A DNA stretch of 64,000 nucleotides from Candidatus Latescibacterota bacterium (GCA_965237675.1 OZ250150.1:736001-800000), one strand, 5' to 3'. Shown: positions 27,920 to 38,104, counted from the stretch's first letter. Notes: a model not told the origin generated them from the sequence alone. Numbers and translations are program-made.

Positions 27920-28921
27920 TTACAGATGGATGGCCTGTTTTTTGTGCGCCGATTCCACGATGGCCAGGCCCACTCGCAGGGCATCGCGCGCATCGTGCAA
28001 TGAGCCATTTTCCGGATTTTGTTGTCTGTGGATGCAGTCCGCGAAGTGCCCGAGTTCCTGCTCCAGCGCGCCGACGATCTTACCGTGGAGTTCGGGTGCA
28101 AGATAGAGATCCGGGCTGGAGGTTCCCTCGCCGGTCCATATCCACGAGGCGTCGTTGGGTTCGGCAATGTGAGCCGTTCCGTCCGTGCCGACCACTTCCA
28201 GGCATGCGTTCGACCAGTAGAGCCGGCGATCGGGCATGAAAAAACTCTGTTCGATCACGCCGACAAGACCGCTTTCGAAAGTGAGCATGGCCCACCACGT
28301 ATCGGGACGGTCCGGTTCCGCCATACTGCGCGTTCTGGTATAGACTTCCCGGACTTCCTCACCGGCCATCCAGAGCAACTGGTCGATGGTGTGAATGCCG
28401 GGCTGAAGGACGAGGGGATAGGGTTTGAAACGAGGCGCATCCAGGATGCCGCGCCAGATGTTTCGGCGGCCGTAGATGGAGACGAGTTCTCCCAGATCTC
28501 CCGCGTCGATTTTCTGTTTGATGTGCCCGCGCCGAACGTCGAAACGTTCGAGGAATCCGACCATGAAAACGGCGCCGCTTTTTTCCGCCTCGTCGATGAG
28601 CCGGTCGTTTTCATCCAGACTGTCGGTCAGGAGGATTTCGCTGAAGACGTGTTTCCGCCGTCGAAGCGCGGCGAGGGCGATTTCGGTGTGCCGGTCCACC
28701 TCGGTGACGATGTCGATGCCTTCCACGTCGGGATCGCGTATCAGGTCTCGATAGTCGGTATAGTGCCTGGGCACGTTGTAGGTCGAGGCGACATTTCCGG
28801 CGCGTTCGGCCGAGCGGGAGCAAACCGCCGTGAGTTCGACATGAGGAAGTTGGGCAAGGACACGGGCGTGCTGGACGCCGAAACGTCCCAGACCGATGAC
28901 ACCGATTTTTGTACGGTTCAT
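27920..28921 (-). CDS. Gfo/Idh/MocA-family oxidoreductase
   Basis: GVIGLGRFG Rossmann motif, KHVFSE (the usual EKP is degenerate here: EIL), IHTIDQLLW. Confidence 0.9.
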   Translation of the reverse strand: MNRTKIGVIGLGRFGVQHARVLAQLPHVELTAVCSRSAERAGNVASTYNVPRHYTDYRDLIRDPDVEGIDIVTEVDRHTEIALAALRRRKHVFSEILLTDSLDENDRLIDEAEKSGAVFMVGFLERFDVRRGHIKQKIDAGDLGELVSIYGRRNIWRGILDAPRFKPYPLVLQPGIHTIDQLLWMAGEEVREVYTRTRSMAEPDRPDTWWAMLTFESGLVGVIEQSFFMPDRRLYWSNACLEVVGTDGTAHIAEPNDASWIWTGEGTSSPDLYLAPELHGKIVGALEQELGHFADCIHRQQNPENGSLHDARDALRVGLAIVESAHKKQAIHL

Positions 28922-29919
28922 GTCGCGTTCAGGTTGACAACAACCCTGCCCTTCTGTTGGCCTTTCAGCATGCGTTGAATTTCCGGCTCAAGCGTTTCCA
29001 GCTCACATTCCGTTACGAGGTCGTCAGACGCATCGATCTTCCAGGGACCCGCGATTTTCTTCCAGAGGTACGTCCGTTCGGACATCGGGCATTCGGCGGA
29101 GTCGATGCCATGGAGGCCGACGCCTCGCAGGATGAACGGGTAGACGCTGGTGTTCAGGTCCGCGGAAGCGACGAGACCGCAGCACAGGACGATGCCCCGG
29201 CGCCGCGTGGATTTGAGGGCGGTTGCCAGGATATTGCCTCCCGCAGTATCCACGACGCCCGCCCAGCGTTCCGCCAATAGTGGACGTCCGCCGGCATCGT
29301 CGACCTCGTTTCGATCCACAACCGCGGTCGCGCCGAGGTCGGACAGGAATTGGGCCTCGTGAGTCTTTCCCGTGGCGGCGGCCACCGTGTACCCGAGCCG
29401 GGCGAGCATGGCGACCGCGAGGCTGCCAACGCCCCCCGTTGCGCCGGTAACGAGAATCTCGCCTGTGTCGGGGGCGACGCCGTGGCCTTCCAGTCTGTGC
29501 ACCGACATGGCGGCGGTGAATCCGGCGGTACCGTAAACCATCGACTCACGCAAGGTAAGGCCGTCAGGCAGCGGGACGATCCATCCGGCAGGCACCCGGA
29601 TGAATTGGCCGAATCCGCCGGGTGTGTTTACACCCAGGTCATAGCTGGTGACGATGACGTTATCACCTGGCCGGAAGCGCGCATCCCTGCTCTCTTCAAC
29701 AACGCCAGCTGCGTCGATGCCGGGCGTATGCGGATAGTGCCTGGTAACGCCGGGATGGCCGGTGGCTGACAACGCGTCTTTATAGTTCAGAGAGGAGTAG
29801 CGCACCCTGACCAGGACGTCGCCGTCGGGCAGGTCGTCGATGGATCGGCGCTCCACGCGCCGAACATAGACGTTGGCCTCATGGCGCACGACCAAGCACC
29901 CGAAGTCATCGGCGGACAT
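28918..29919 (-). CDS. YhdH/AcuI-family zinc-independent MDR oxidoreductase
   Basis: YSSLNYKDAL, PGIDAAG, GTAGFTA, TGATGGVGS, PFILRGV..GIDS. Confidence 0.92.
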   Translation of the reverse strand: MSADDFGCLVVRHEANVYVRRVERRSIDDLPDGDVLVRVRYSSLNYKDALSATGHPGVTRHYPHTPGIDAAGVVEESRDARFRPGDNVIVTSYDLGVNTPGGFGQFIRVPAGWIVPLPDGLTLRESMVYGTAGFTAAMSVHRLEGHGVAPDTGEILVTGATGGVGSLAVAMLARLGYTVAAATGKTHEAQFLSDLGATAVVDRNEVDDAGGRPLLAERWAGVVDTAGGNILATALKSTRRRGIVLCCGLVASADLNTSVYPFILRGVGLHGIDSAECPMSERTYLWKKIAGPWKIDASDDLVTECELETLEPEIQRMLKGQQKGRVVVNLNAT

Positions 29920-29987
29920 CGCACGCTCCGTGTTTTTCCGCGTGGGAAGCGGGTTCCGTTTCGAGGCGCCAAGGCGCGCCCGGTCTT

Positions 29988-31127
29988 TCAGGAGAAGAAT
30001 CGTGTGACTCGATAGGCGTCAAGATCAATTGGAAGGTCCCTATCCAGGAAGAGGTCGGCGATGAGTTTGCCGCTGTACGGGCCCAGTTGCAGGCCGGTGG
30101 GCCCGTGCCCCGTTGCCAGGTAGACGTTTCTCTTGCCGGGAACGGGGCCGAGCACGGGCAACAGATCCTGCGTATACGGACGCAGGCCGACTCGAATGTC
30201 AAGGATTTCCGCCGCAGCCAGGCCGGGCGCCACCCGCAGCGCCTCGGCGAGCACTTCCCTCACCCCGGCGGCCGTGGCGCGGGCGTCGAAACCGGAACCG
30301 GTTTCCCGCGTGGCGCCCACCACCACCCGATTGTCCGGCCAGGGCACCATGTAGTGGCCTCGAACGGCGCTGACGATTGCCCAGGACGACGTATCGGCGG
30401 CGGCAGGCAAACCCAGGTGAATGATCTGGCCGCGCTGCGGTTCTACCGGGATCTGGACCCCCAGTCGAAGGCCGAACGCGTGCGACCACGCGCCGCCCGC
30501 GATGACGACTCCTGTTGCCGATATGGTTCCCGTATCCGTGGCGACGCCGGTGACCGTGTCGTTGTCGATTCGCAATTGCTCGACACCCGCGTGTTCGACG
30601 GCAAGTCCCCTCGCAACCGCGGCCCGACGCAGGGCCTCAGTCAGGAGGCGGCCGTCGACACGAGCGGCCTCGCGGTAGTAGATGGCCCCCTGGACGTCGG
30701 CCAGAGCGGGAAACCGGTTGCGGGCTTCTTTGGGCGATATTTCGTACAGATCCTCCGCGGATGGCTTGCCGCGGCGACTCCGGCGGTTGAATATGCGGCG
30801 GCGGGCCACGTCAAAGGGTTCCAGTTCGTCGTCAGAGACGGCAACGATCATCATGCCGCATTTGGCGAAGCCGGTGTCTCCCGCCTGTTCGGCTGTCAGA
30901 TTCTCAATCAGTCCGGGATAGTATTCAACGGCAAGAGAGGCCAGGCGCTGCCATGGGTCCGGATCCCGGATATTGGTGGCGGGAGACAGAATGCCCGCGC
31001 CGGCATCCGTGGCGCGTCCCTTGTCCTTGCGGTCGACAAGCAGTGTTCTGGCTCCGGCGCAGACGAGATGGTAGGCAGTGGACATACCTACAATCCCACC
31101 GCCGATGACAATAGCGTCATAGCTCAT
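29988..31127 (-). CDS. FAD-dependent oxidoreductase (DadA / glycine oxidase family)
   Basis: IGGGIVG, ATDAGAG, PQRGQ, GLRPYT, TGHGPTGLQLGP. Confidence 0.92.
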   Translation of the reverse strand: MSYDAIVIGGGIVGMSTAYHLVCAGARTLLVDRKDKGRATDAGAGILSPATNIRDPDPWQRLASLAVEYYPGLIENLTAEQAGDTGFAKCGMMIVAVSDDELEPFDVARRRIFNRRSRRGKPSAEDLYEISPKEARNRFPALADVQGAIYYREAARVDGRLLTEALRRAAVARGLAVEHAGVEQLRIDNDTVTGVATDTGTISATGVVIAGGAWSHAFGLRLGVQIPVEPQRGQIIHLGLPAAADTSSWAIVSAVRGHYMVPWPDNRVVVGATRETGSGFDARATAAGVREVLAEALRVAPGLAAAEILDIRVGLRPYTQDLLPVLGPVPGKRNVYLATGHGPTGLQLGPYSGKLIADLFLDRDLPIDLDAYRVTRFFS

Positions 31128-31260
31128 CGCGAACCCTGTGTTTATCGGGAAATCGCATACGAACAGTGCGAAGAAAACGCGCCGGCCGTAACGATTGAGA
31201 CAGCGGGGCGGCTATTTCCTATGCGCCGTTCCCTGAGGCCCTGCGGACCCACCCTGCCCT

Positions 31261-32109
31261 TCAGACCGGGCGGTCGCCGGTGATGGTGATTCTGTGCATC
31301 GTGCGCCGGTGGCCGTGATAGTCGTTGACCGCGTAGTGCTGGGTACAACGGTTGTCCCATAGCCCAACGGTGTTTTCCCGCCAGCGGTAGCGGCAGGTGA
31401 ATTCCGGTTTTGAAGTCTGTTGGTAAAGGTATTCGAGGAGTGGACGGCTTTCGTCCGGGGTCATATCCTTGAAGTGGGATGTAAAGAAGGGATTGACGTA
31501 GAGCAATTTCCGGCCTGTTTCCGGATGGGTGCGGAAAATGGGGTGTTCCACGGGTGGAATGTTTTCGCTGGCGGCTTCGATGTCTTCGGCGCTGGCTTTC
31601 GTTCTGCCTCGCCGCGCCGCCTCCAGAAAGATTCGTGTATAGTCGTGTACGGCGAACCGGCCGCCGAGCATCTGTTTCAGGCCGTCGGAAAGGGATTCGT
31701 AGACAAGGTACATGTTGGCGAAGAGGGTGTCGCCTCCGTAGGGCGGAACCGTCAGGGCGTAGAGGATGGAGCCCAGTGGTGGCGTTTCGAGGAACGACAT
31801 GTCGGAATGCCAGCCATTGCCCACGTTGGTGTCTGCGGTTTCTTTTTTTTGTAAGAGGACGATTTCGGGATGGTCTTCCAGGTTCGGCAGAAAAGGATGG
31901 ATGTCCAGTTCGCCGAATCTCCTCCCGAAAGCAATGAGCGCCCCCGGATCCAGGTGCTGATCGAGAAAGAAGAGCACAAGGTGTTCCAGGAAGGCCGCGT
32001 GGATCCCCGCAAAGGTATCCTCGTCGAGCGGATCTGAAAGATCGACACCCGTGACTTCAGCCCCCAGGGCGCCGGATATGGGTTTGACGTCGGTCTGGCG
32101 CAACCTCAT
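31261..32109 (-). CDS. tauD: TauD/TfdA-family alpha-ketoglutarate-dependent dioxygenase
   Basis: WHSD, GGDTLFAN, HPIFRTHPETG, WDNRCTQHYA motifs. Substrate not provable from the sequence. Confidence 0.85.
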   Translation of the reverse strand: MRLRQTDVKPISGALGAEVTGVDLSDPLDEDTFAGIHAAFLEHLVLFFLDQHLDPGALIAFGRRFGELDIHPFLPNLEDHPEIVLLQKKETADTNVGNGWHSDMSFLETPPLGSILYALTVPPYGGDTLFANMYLVYESLSDGLKQMLGGRFAVHDYTRIFLEAARRGRTKASAEDIEAASENIPPVEHPIFRTHPETGRKLLYVNPFFTSHFKDMTPDESRPLLEYLYQQTSKPEFTCRYRWRENTVGLWDNRCTQHYAVNDYHGHRRTMHRITITGDRPV

Positions 32110-32219
32110 GTCCTCATTCCTGCCGCTTCGTTCGGTTGAACTTGGGCGTTCAAACCCGGTGGCCGGGTTCGCTGAGCTAAATTATCCGCGAAAACCGGTG
32201 GTATTGTCTTATAAATGGG

Positions 32220-32466
32220 TCACACCTGTCCCAGATCGGTTTCTGTCTCGGGCAGCAGTGGCCTTGTAGTTTGCTTAATTACCGCGAAACTTGCGACCCG
32301 ATTGCGATCGTTTCCGCACTGCTCTATACGTTCTGTGCCTTTTGTGCTTTTTGTGGCCATTGTCCTGCTCAACCAGTTTTGGCGCGCAAAAGCAATTGCC
32401 ACAAGAGGCACAAAAACACATTAGATCACACCGGTCCAAAACCGATTCCTGTCTTGGACAGCAGTG
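32220..32466. repeat. Mosaic intergenic repeat: two 41-bp direct repeats flanking an inverted repeat
   Basis: 32220-32260 versus 32426-32466: 33/41 identical. TGTGCCTTTTGTGCTTTTTGTGGC (32334-32357) pairs with GCCACAAGAGGCACAAAAACACA (32398-32420). Confidence 0.75.
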
Positions 32467-32668
32467 ATACTGGGTTGTTTTTCAATAATGTTAGCGTAGC
32501 ATATTACGACAACCTTTTAAATCTCGGAATCCGGTTGGTCAGACCGATGTTGCGCGTTCTATAGTGGGCGGATTCATCGATATAATCCGGAGCTTTCCAG
32601 CTTTTTGGGTCTTTATCCTGTCGATCCTGTCCATCCAAGTTAATTTCGATTTAGGGAATAAAAAAAGG

Positions 32669-33445
32669 CTAGTCCGACATCCCGTCGATTGCGCTCATCT
32701 CGCCATCGGACAAGGTCCATTCAAAGACATCCAGGTTGGCCCGGAGATGCGGTTCCGTGCTGGCTTTCGGAATGACGTTCATGCCTTTCTGGATCAACCA
32801 CCTGAGCGCGACGTGCGCGGACGTCCTGGTGTGGTTGCGGGCGATATTCGAAAGTACGGGATCCTGAAGGATATTCTTCTTTCCCAGTGGCGAGTAGGCC
32901 GTTACGGCCACCTTGTGATCCAGGCACCACTGCAGCACGTCGCGCTGTTCATAGCCAGGATGGGTTTTGATCTGGTTGACGCTGATCGGCGCTTTCGAAA
33001 TCGAACGGGCTTCTTTCATTTGCTCGACGGAGAAGTTGCTGACACCGATACTTCTGGCCTTGCCGGCGTCGACGATCGCGTTGAAGGCGCCGATGGCTTC
33101 TTCCATAGGTACATTATCGGGCGGCCAGTGTACCAGCAGCAAATCCACGTAGTCCATCTGCAGATACTGTAGATTCTCATCCGCCTGTTTGATGGCGACG
33201 TCGTAATGCAGGTAGTCCTTGCCAACTTTGGTCGTCACATACAGCCTTGAACGGTCGAAGCCGGCTTCCCGAAGCGCTTCGCCGATCTCCCGCTGATTCC
33301 CGTAGATCCAGGCCGTATCGAAGTGAGTGTAGCCGAGATCGAGGGCCTTTTTGATCACCTGCTTGCACGGTTCGCCTTTCAGCGGATATGTGCCGAGGCC
33401 CACAACCGGCATGGTGTGACCGGAAAGCAGTGTCAAGGATTCCAT
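32669..33445 (-). CDS. Aldo/keto reductase
   Basis: GLGTY, FDTAWIY, TTK, DLLLVHWP, IGVSNF, AYSPLG, VIPKAS. Start at ATG 33445. Confidence 0.95.
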   Translation of the reverse strand: MESLTLLSGHTMPVVGLGTYPLKGEPCKQVIKKALDLGYTHFDTAWIYGNQREIGEALREAGFDRSRLYVTTKVGKDYLHYDVAIKQADENLQYLQMDYVDLLLVHWPPDNVPMEEAIGAFNAIVDAGKARSIGVSNFSVEQMKEARSISKAPISVNQIKTHPGYEQRDVLQWCLDHKVAVTAYSPLGKKNILQDPVLSNIARNHTRTSAHVALRWLIQKGMNVIPKASTEPHLRANLDVFEWTLSDGEMSAIDGMSD

Positions 33446-33611
33446 CGTCTTCTCCCTGATGTCGAGGTGGCGAAGTGTAACATTATCGCGTGCAAACGAG
33501 TTGAGGGGCAAGGAGCGGATACCTGGTGGCCGCAGCCTGTAAATTACGAAGAAACACGGGGCGACGGCAAGTTGTAACGGAGCCGGGGGCAACGAACAGG
33601 ACGCCAGTCCT

Positions 33612-34388
33612 TCAGCGAGGTGTGACGATATTGGGGCGGTCGTAGGTATCGGGTTCTTCGCGGAGCGAGTAACCCATGTCTTCCAGCCGGTAACGAGGGT
33701 GGTAACCGAGGACCTTCGCCGCCCTGGAGAGATCCCAGCGGCGCCGGCTGCTTTCTCCCACGAGGGTGATTATTTCGTAGCCGATGTCGGGAGCTTTCAG
33801 GGCGAGTTTGTAGGCCTGTATGAGGTCGGGAAAAGCGAGCCACTGGGGCAGAACGGGTGCGTTCCTGATTTCCGGTTCGTCAAGGTCGACGGGTTTGGGG
33901 ATACGCATACAGAGAACCGAGAGGTCATGCATCGTGGCGTAGTATTCGGCGATTTTTTCGCCCAGATATTTGGTAAGCGCGTAGCTCCCTACGGGTTTCG
34001 CCGGCGCGTTGCCCTCAACCCACTGCGGCGCGGGATAGCCCCAGACGACGGTCAGGCTGCTGGTGTAGATCACCCGCTTGAGCCGATGACGCCGGGCGGC
34101 CTCAAAGAGGTTATAGGTGCCTTTGACGTTGATATCCATCCGCTGGCTGTTGAAGGCGTCCTCTTCGTAGTCGCCTTCTCTTCCAGTGGCGATGGCCAGG
34201 TGGATGGCCATGTCCATCCCTTCCGCGGCATCGCAGACCTGGTCGATATCCGTAACGTCTACCTGATGCCAACGGGGGTCATCCGCAATAGAACGCCGGC
34301 TCAGGAGGCGCAGTTCGTGATCGTTCTCAAGCGCGGGTACCAGCCTGCTGCCAATGACGCCCGTGGCGCCTGTGATGAGGATTTTCAT
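33612..34388 (-). CDS. NAD-dependent epimerase/dehydratase (uronate dehydrogenase-like)
   Basis: ITGATGVIG, NVKGTYNL, YTSS, YALTK (YxxxK). Confidence 0.9.
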   Translation of the reverse strand: MKILITGATGVIGSRLVPALENDHELRLLSRRSIADDPRWHQVDVTDIDQVCDAAEGMDMAIHLAIATGREGDYEEDAFNSQRMDINVKGTYNLFEAARRHRLKRVIYTSSLTVVWGYPAPQWVEGNAPAKPVGSYALTKYLGEKIAEYYATMHDLSVLCMRIPKPVDLDEPEIRNAPVLPQWLAFPDLIQAYKLALKAPDIGYEIITLVGESSRRRWDLSRAAKVLGYHPRYRLEDMGYSLREEPDTYDRPNIVTPR

Positions 34389-34937
34389 AGGTGGGTAGTT
34401 TCAGAATACGTTGGGGATCCCCGTCCGGCGACGCGAAACAGGAGGACTCGTGAATTGGGGGAACCGGCAATGGGTGAGACGTTTCTTGCCTTTCCAATAT
34501 GTTAGGATGTCTGCCTGGAAGGTATGTAGATTACACAACTGAACAGCTTTAAATATTCCCCCTTATCAAGGGTGGGCTTGGCGCGATAGACTCACAGATG
34601 GATCGAATAGCATCTCAGTCCGAAACTAAGGATTAATCACGGGGATTTACTGCTTGACCGGGCCGTAGCGCAACACTACACTTTCTTGCATACGCGAACG
34701 TCAGATTCAATTTATGCCATCGCCCCGGAACCACCTAATATCGCTATTGGCGGAACAAATCAGCGAGATCTGCCAACAATGGCGCAGGGGTGCCAAACGA
34801 AATATAGCGGAGGTGGATGCTTTGGTCAATTCAACATCACTGAACCATTAGGCGTGAAGAATCGATCGAAGACAGGGGAAATTACAGGAAGAAGTGCATC
34901 GACTACTGTAAAGCACATAACTGAATGGAGTGATCCA

Positions 34938-35621
34938 ATGCCTATCCAACACACACTCTGGACAATCGACAATCCGCCGGTGGAAGTCGAGACATCCAAG
35001 CTTGCCGATGAGAAACGGCTGGAGGATATGATTGAGTCCAAACTTAGTATCCTTTCAGACGATTGGATGCTGATTGGTCGACAGATAGAAACGGATACTG
35101 GTGGACGAGTCGATCTACTGGCCATTGCATCGGACGCATCTCTAGTGTTGATTGAATTGAAACGCAACAAAACCCCACGCGACGTGATTGCACAGACACT
35201 TGACTACGCCGTTTGGCTGAAAAAATTAGATCCTGAAGATGTAACCGAACTCTATGAAAGATACAATTCCGGCGCGTCGCTCAGTAAGGCCTTTCAAGAT
35301 CGATTTGAAAGGGTCCTCGACGACGACGAAGAGCCAATTAATCATACCCACCAACTCGTCGTGGTCGCGTCAACCCTCGATCCAAGCAGCGAACGCATTG
35401 TAACGTACCTCCAAGGCTGGGGCGTTCCCATCAACGTGCTCACCTTCGAAGTTTTCCGTCATGGCAATACGCAATTCCTCAGCCGGGCCTGGTTGCTACA
35501 ACCGCTGGATACTATGGAATCCGCCACCTCCGGTCCCCGCGAAAGGCTCGCGTGGAACAATGAGTTCTATGCTTGCTTCGGTCACGACGAAAATCGCGAT
35601 TGGGACGAGGCAGTAAAATAT
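34938..35621 (+). pseudogene. 5' half of a NucS/DUF91-like PD-(D/E)xK endonuclease gene interrupted by the transposon
   Basis: EKRLEDMI...IGRQI..DTGGRVDLLAI...LIELKR...AQTLDYA. The frame reaches ...WDEAVKY at the TSD TAAAATAT (35614-35621). Confidence 0.9.
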
Positions 35622-35685
35622 GGGAATTATAACCCAAAGTGCCAAAAAGCAAAGCTTGGAAAGAGAAATCGAATAAGAAATCTGC

Positions 35686-35874
35686 CTACGCCCCCCGATT
35701 CTTTAGCCACGCTTTCCACGCCTTTTTCGTTTCCTCCCCCTTGCCTGATTCCACCAACGGCGGATCATCGGGAAAGATCGCCCGGACCGCTTCCTCTATC
35801 TCCGCTTTGCTCGACTGATACTCACTCCCGACAGCCTTGACAACCGGTTTCTTCTTTGCGGTCTCGGAACCCAT
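35686..35874 (-). CDS. Small cargo protein (62 aa)
   Basis: AAGGA RBS; last gene of the cargo operon, 18 nt downstream of the relE-like gene. Confidence 0.55.
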   Translation of the reverse strand: MGSETAKKKPVVKAVGSEYQSSKAEIEEAVRAIFPDDPPLVESGKGEETKKAWKAWLKNRGA

Positions 35875-35892
35875 AGTGTTTTTCCTTTTTCG

Positions 35893-36228
35893 TTATTTCT
35901 TGTCGTACGCGCCTTGCCGATGGTCCATATCTACGACATAGATTTTCCCCGAAAAACGTTTGTAAAAAATCCGATAGGGCCTCTTTTCAATCCTAAACAT
36001 GGGATCATCAAAAGGTCGTCCTTGTATCTTTTTCGACCCCTTCAGGCTTAGAGGATTTTTGAGACTTTCAATTTTCTCGACGGCAGAACGCCTAACCCTC
36101 GGTTGCAAAGCATCCAAAAATCCCCGGACAGTATCCCGAATGACAATTTCTTGCTCTGCGGGTTCAGGTTGTCCTGTGCCTCCTGTCAGCAAAGGAGCCT
36201 TCCTGGAACCTCCACGTGCTTTATTCAC
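35893..36228 (-). CDS. RelE/ParE-family toxin-like protein
   Basis: FLDALQPRVRRSAVEKIESLKNP...SKKIQG...MFRIEKRPYRIFY...IYVVDMDHRQGAY. GTGA overlap with the upstream gene. Confidence 0.8.
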   Translation of the reverse strand: MNKARGGSRKAPLLTGGTGQPEPAEQEIVIRDTVRGFLDALQPRVRRSAVEKIESLKNPLSLKGSKKIQGRPFDDPMFRIEKRPYRIFYKRFSGKIYVVDMDHRQGAYDKK

Positions 36229-36431
36229 CGACTGTCCCTCTTGGCTTTCTTGAAATATCTCTGTGTCTCCTTAGTGGAAAGCATCCTGCTCTTTCCCGTC
36301 CGAAGTTCCTCATCAATTTCTAAAGACCGGGACAGAAACGGATCTTCCTCCTGTTCCACAATAACATCATCCTGACGAGCACCACCCCGCACCCGTGCAA
36401 TGAATCCAAACACAACATCTGTAACGCCCAT
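36225..36431 (-). CDS. Putative antitoxin (68 aa)
   Basis: AAGGAGG RBS before ATG 36431 (MGVTDVV...). Acidic middle and a C-terminal EELRTGKSRMLSTKE helix. Coupled to the RelE-like gene. Confidence 0.6.
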   Translation of the reverse strand: MGVTDVVFGFIARVRGGARQDDVIVEQEEDPFLSRSLEIDEELRTGKSRMLSTKETQRYFKKAKRDSR

Positions 36432-36457
36432 GACAACCCTCCTTGTCGTTCTCACTC

Positions 36458-36568
36458 TTATCGACACGGACAGCAACGAATATTCGCCAGAACAGCCAGG
36501 ACAATCATCGCGCCCATCATTGTAATCCACATTACGAGGACGATCTTATCTGCCCGGCCCTCTTTCAT
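36458..36568 (-). CDS. 36-aa single-TM micro-peptide with a Cys-rich tail (not in the ORF track)
   Basis: MKEGRADKIVLVMWITMMGAMIVLAVLANIRCCPCR*, with a purine-rich GAGGTAGGGAA stretch upstream. Confidence 0.45.
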   Translation of the reverse strand: MKEGRADKIVLVMWITMMGAMIVLAVLANIRCCPCR

Positions 36569-36593
36569 GATCTCTATTCCCTACCTCTCCGCT

Positions 36594-36728
36594 TTAAAAA
36601 CCGCTCCGTGCGCTCCCGTAAGCCCTCAGAATCGTCTTTCTCTTCCTTGTCCGCATCCAACCCTCAACAACCTCTTTGGCGTCCTCTCCCGCCCTTACGC
36701 GCTCTATTAACTCTGTTGCCTTGTTCAT
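36594..36728 (-). CDS. Small cargo protein (44 aa), possibly frameshifted
   Basis: MNKATELIERVRAGEDAKEVVEG...; AGGGGG RBS and a TTGACA hexamer at 36771-36776 upstream. Confidence 0.45.
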   Translation of the reverse strand: MNKATELIERVRAGEDAKEVVEGWMRTRKRKTILRAYGSARSGF

Positions 36729-36863
36729 GGTAAACCCCCTGCTAAAATTGTCCAGAAAATTCTTGCGTCTTGTCAAGTGAGAATATTATATTGCGCTCGT
36801 TGCCCGACACTCTTTTTACACGGCATAAAGTAAAAGTCCGCCACCAAAAGAGGAGGAAATACC

Positions 36864-37745
36864 ATGCAACATTTATTCGGCTGGCTCTTTATTGCGACCT
36901 TTATTGTCACGATAGTCGGCCTGATAAAACCCTCCGCTTTATGCATAAAACGTCTTGCGACTCGACTTAGAGTCTTCTGGACGGGAACAACTGCATTATT
37001 TGTATTCTTCGTGCTCTTTAGCGCCGTTTCTCCAGAGACGGAAGACGCCAAACAAAGACGATTGGCTGAAGAAACGGAAGCCAAAGATCAAGAACGCGTT
37101 ACGGCTTTGCATGAAGCAGAACAAGCCAGAGCCGATGCAGAAACGCAAGCTAAGATCGAAGCAGAACTGGCCGCCGCCGAAAAGGCCAAAGAACGTGCCC
37201 GAAAAGACAAAGAGACACGAGAAGCCTTAGAACGCAAAGCAAACTTGGAGCGTGAAGCCAAAGAAAAAGCAGAATCCACACCCCATTTTTCCTTTACTGT
37301 AGACCAGTTCATGAATCGGTACACAAAAACAAGAAAAGTGATTGGTATCCGTCCATATTTCCTTCGGGAAACAAAAAAAACTGATTATGACGAATTTCAG
37401 GTGTTGATCCTGCAACCCAACGAAGACTCGCAATGGTACTTCTCAGTAAAAGTATCGAAAATTATAAATACCGTAGTGGCTTTTGAATATGTGCGTTTCA
37501 TCGTGAAAGGCGACGACCCAGGAGAACTCACAAAACAGTTTTTAACGGAAACCGTTGCCTTCATTGTAGGCATTGAGGATTTCGATCTGCCTGATGACAG
37601 ACTTGGGAAAAGACTCGATGATCTTGACTTCAATTCAGTCATGACAGAGGGACAGGAAACAAAAGCCTATGGCGAAAACGTCGTCTACAAAGCCGTATTC
37701 GTAAAAGCCGTATCAATGTTATCGTTGTCCGCAACGCCCCGATAA
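36864..37745 (+). CDS. Membrane-anchored coiled-coil cargo protein
   Basis: GAGGAGG RBS; two N-terminal TM helices, an Ala/Glu/Lys-rich coiled coil and a globular C-terminal domain. Confidence 0.8.
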   Translation: MQHLFGWLFIATFIVTIVGLIKPSALCIKRLATRLRVFWTGTTALFVFFVLFSAVSPETEDAKQRRLAEETEAKDQERVTALHEAEQARADAETQAKIEAELAAAEKAKERARKDKETREALERKANLEREAKEKAESTPHFSFTVDQFMNRYTKTRKVIGIRPYFLRETKKTDYDEFQVLILQPNEDSQWYFSVKVSKIINTVVAFEYVRFIVKGDDPGELTKQFLTETVAFIVGIEDFDLPDDRLGKRLDDLDFNSVMTEGQETKAYGENVVYKAVFVKAVSMLSLSATPR

Positions 37746-37759
37746 ATCTACACCGTCTC

Positions 37760-38104
37760 ATGAGCCAGGAGATACAAATGACCCAAGAATCCGAAGACGA
37801 AAAAATCGACCGGTTGTTTAAAGAACTTGGAACCCGCGTATACGCTGTCGAATGTATGATAGTAGGACTATGCCTACGTTTAGCGAGCACGCTTTCCGAA
37901 GACCCTAAAGCCGAAGTCGAAAAACTCAGAAACAATGCTCACCATATAATGAATCAATTTAACCTACTCCCCAATCTCTACGATTCAGAGTTTCATGGAA
38001 TTGCGGAGGCAAGATTGCATCTCCATGACCGTCTTACTCAGGTGAAGTCAAATATGGATGCTTTCCTCTCGCAACCCGCGCCTCAGACTCGGCACACACC
38101 TTGA
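37760..38104 (+). CDS. Hypothetical cargo protein
   Basis: 114-aa helical ORF 14 nt after the previous gene. An alternative start at the second Met follows AGGAG. Confidence 0.6.
   Translation: MSQEIQMTQESEDEKIDRLFKELGTRVYAVECMIVGLCLRLASTLSEDPKAEVEKLRNNAHHIMNQFNLLPNLYDSEFHGIAEARLHLHDRLTQVKSNMDAFLSQPAPQTRHTP

Noticed and set aside
34686-35840. 384-aa ORF as given in the track, and the 165-aa ORF 39478-39975, as independent genes
   Set aside because: Both are chimeras of the split nuclease halves with transposon-end sequence.
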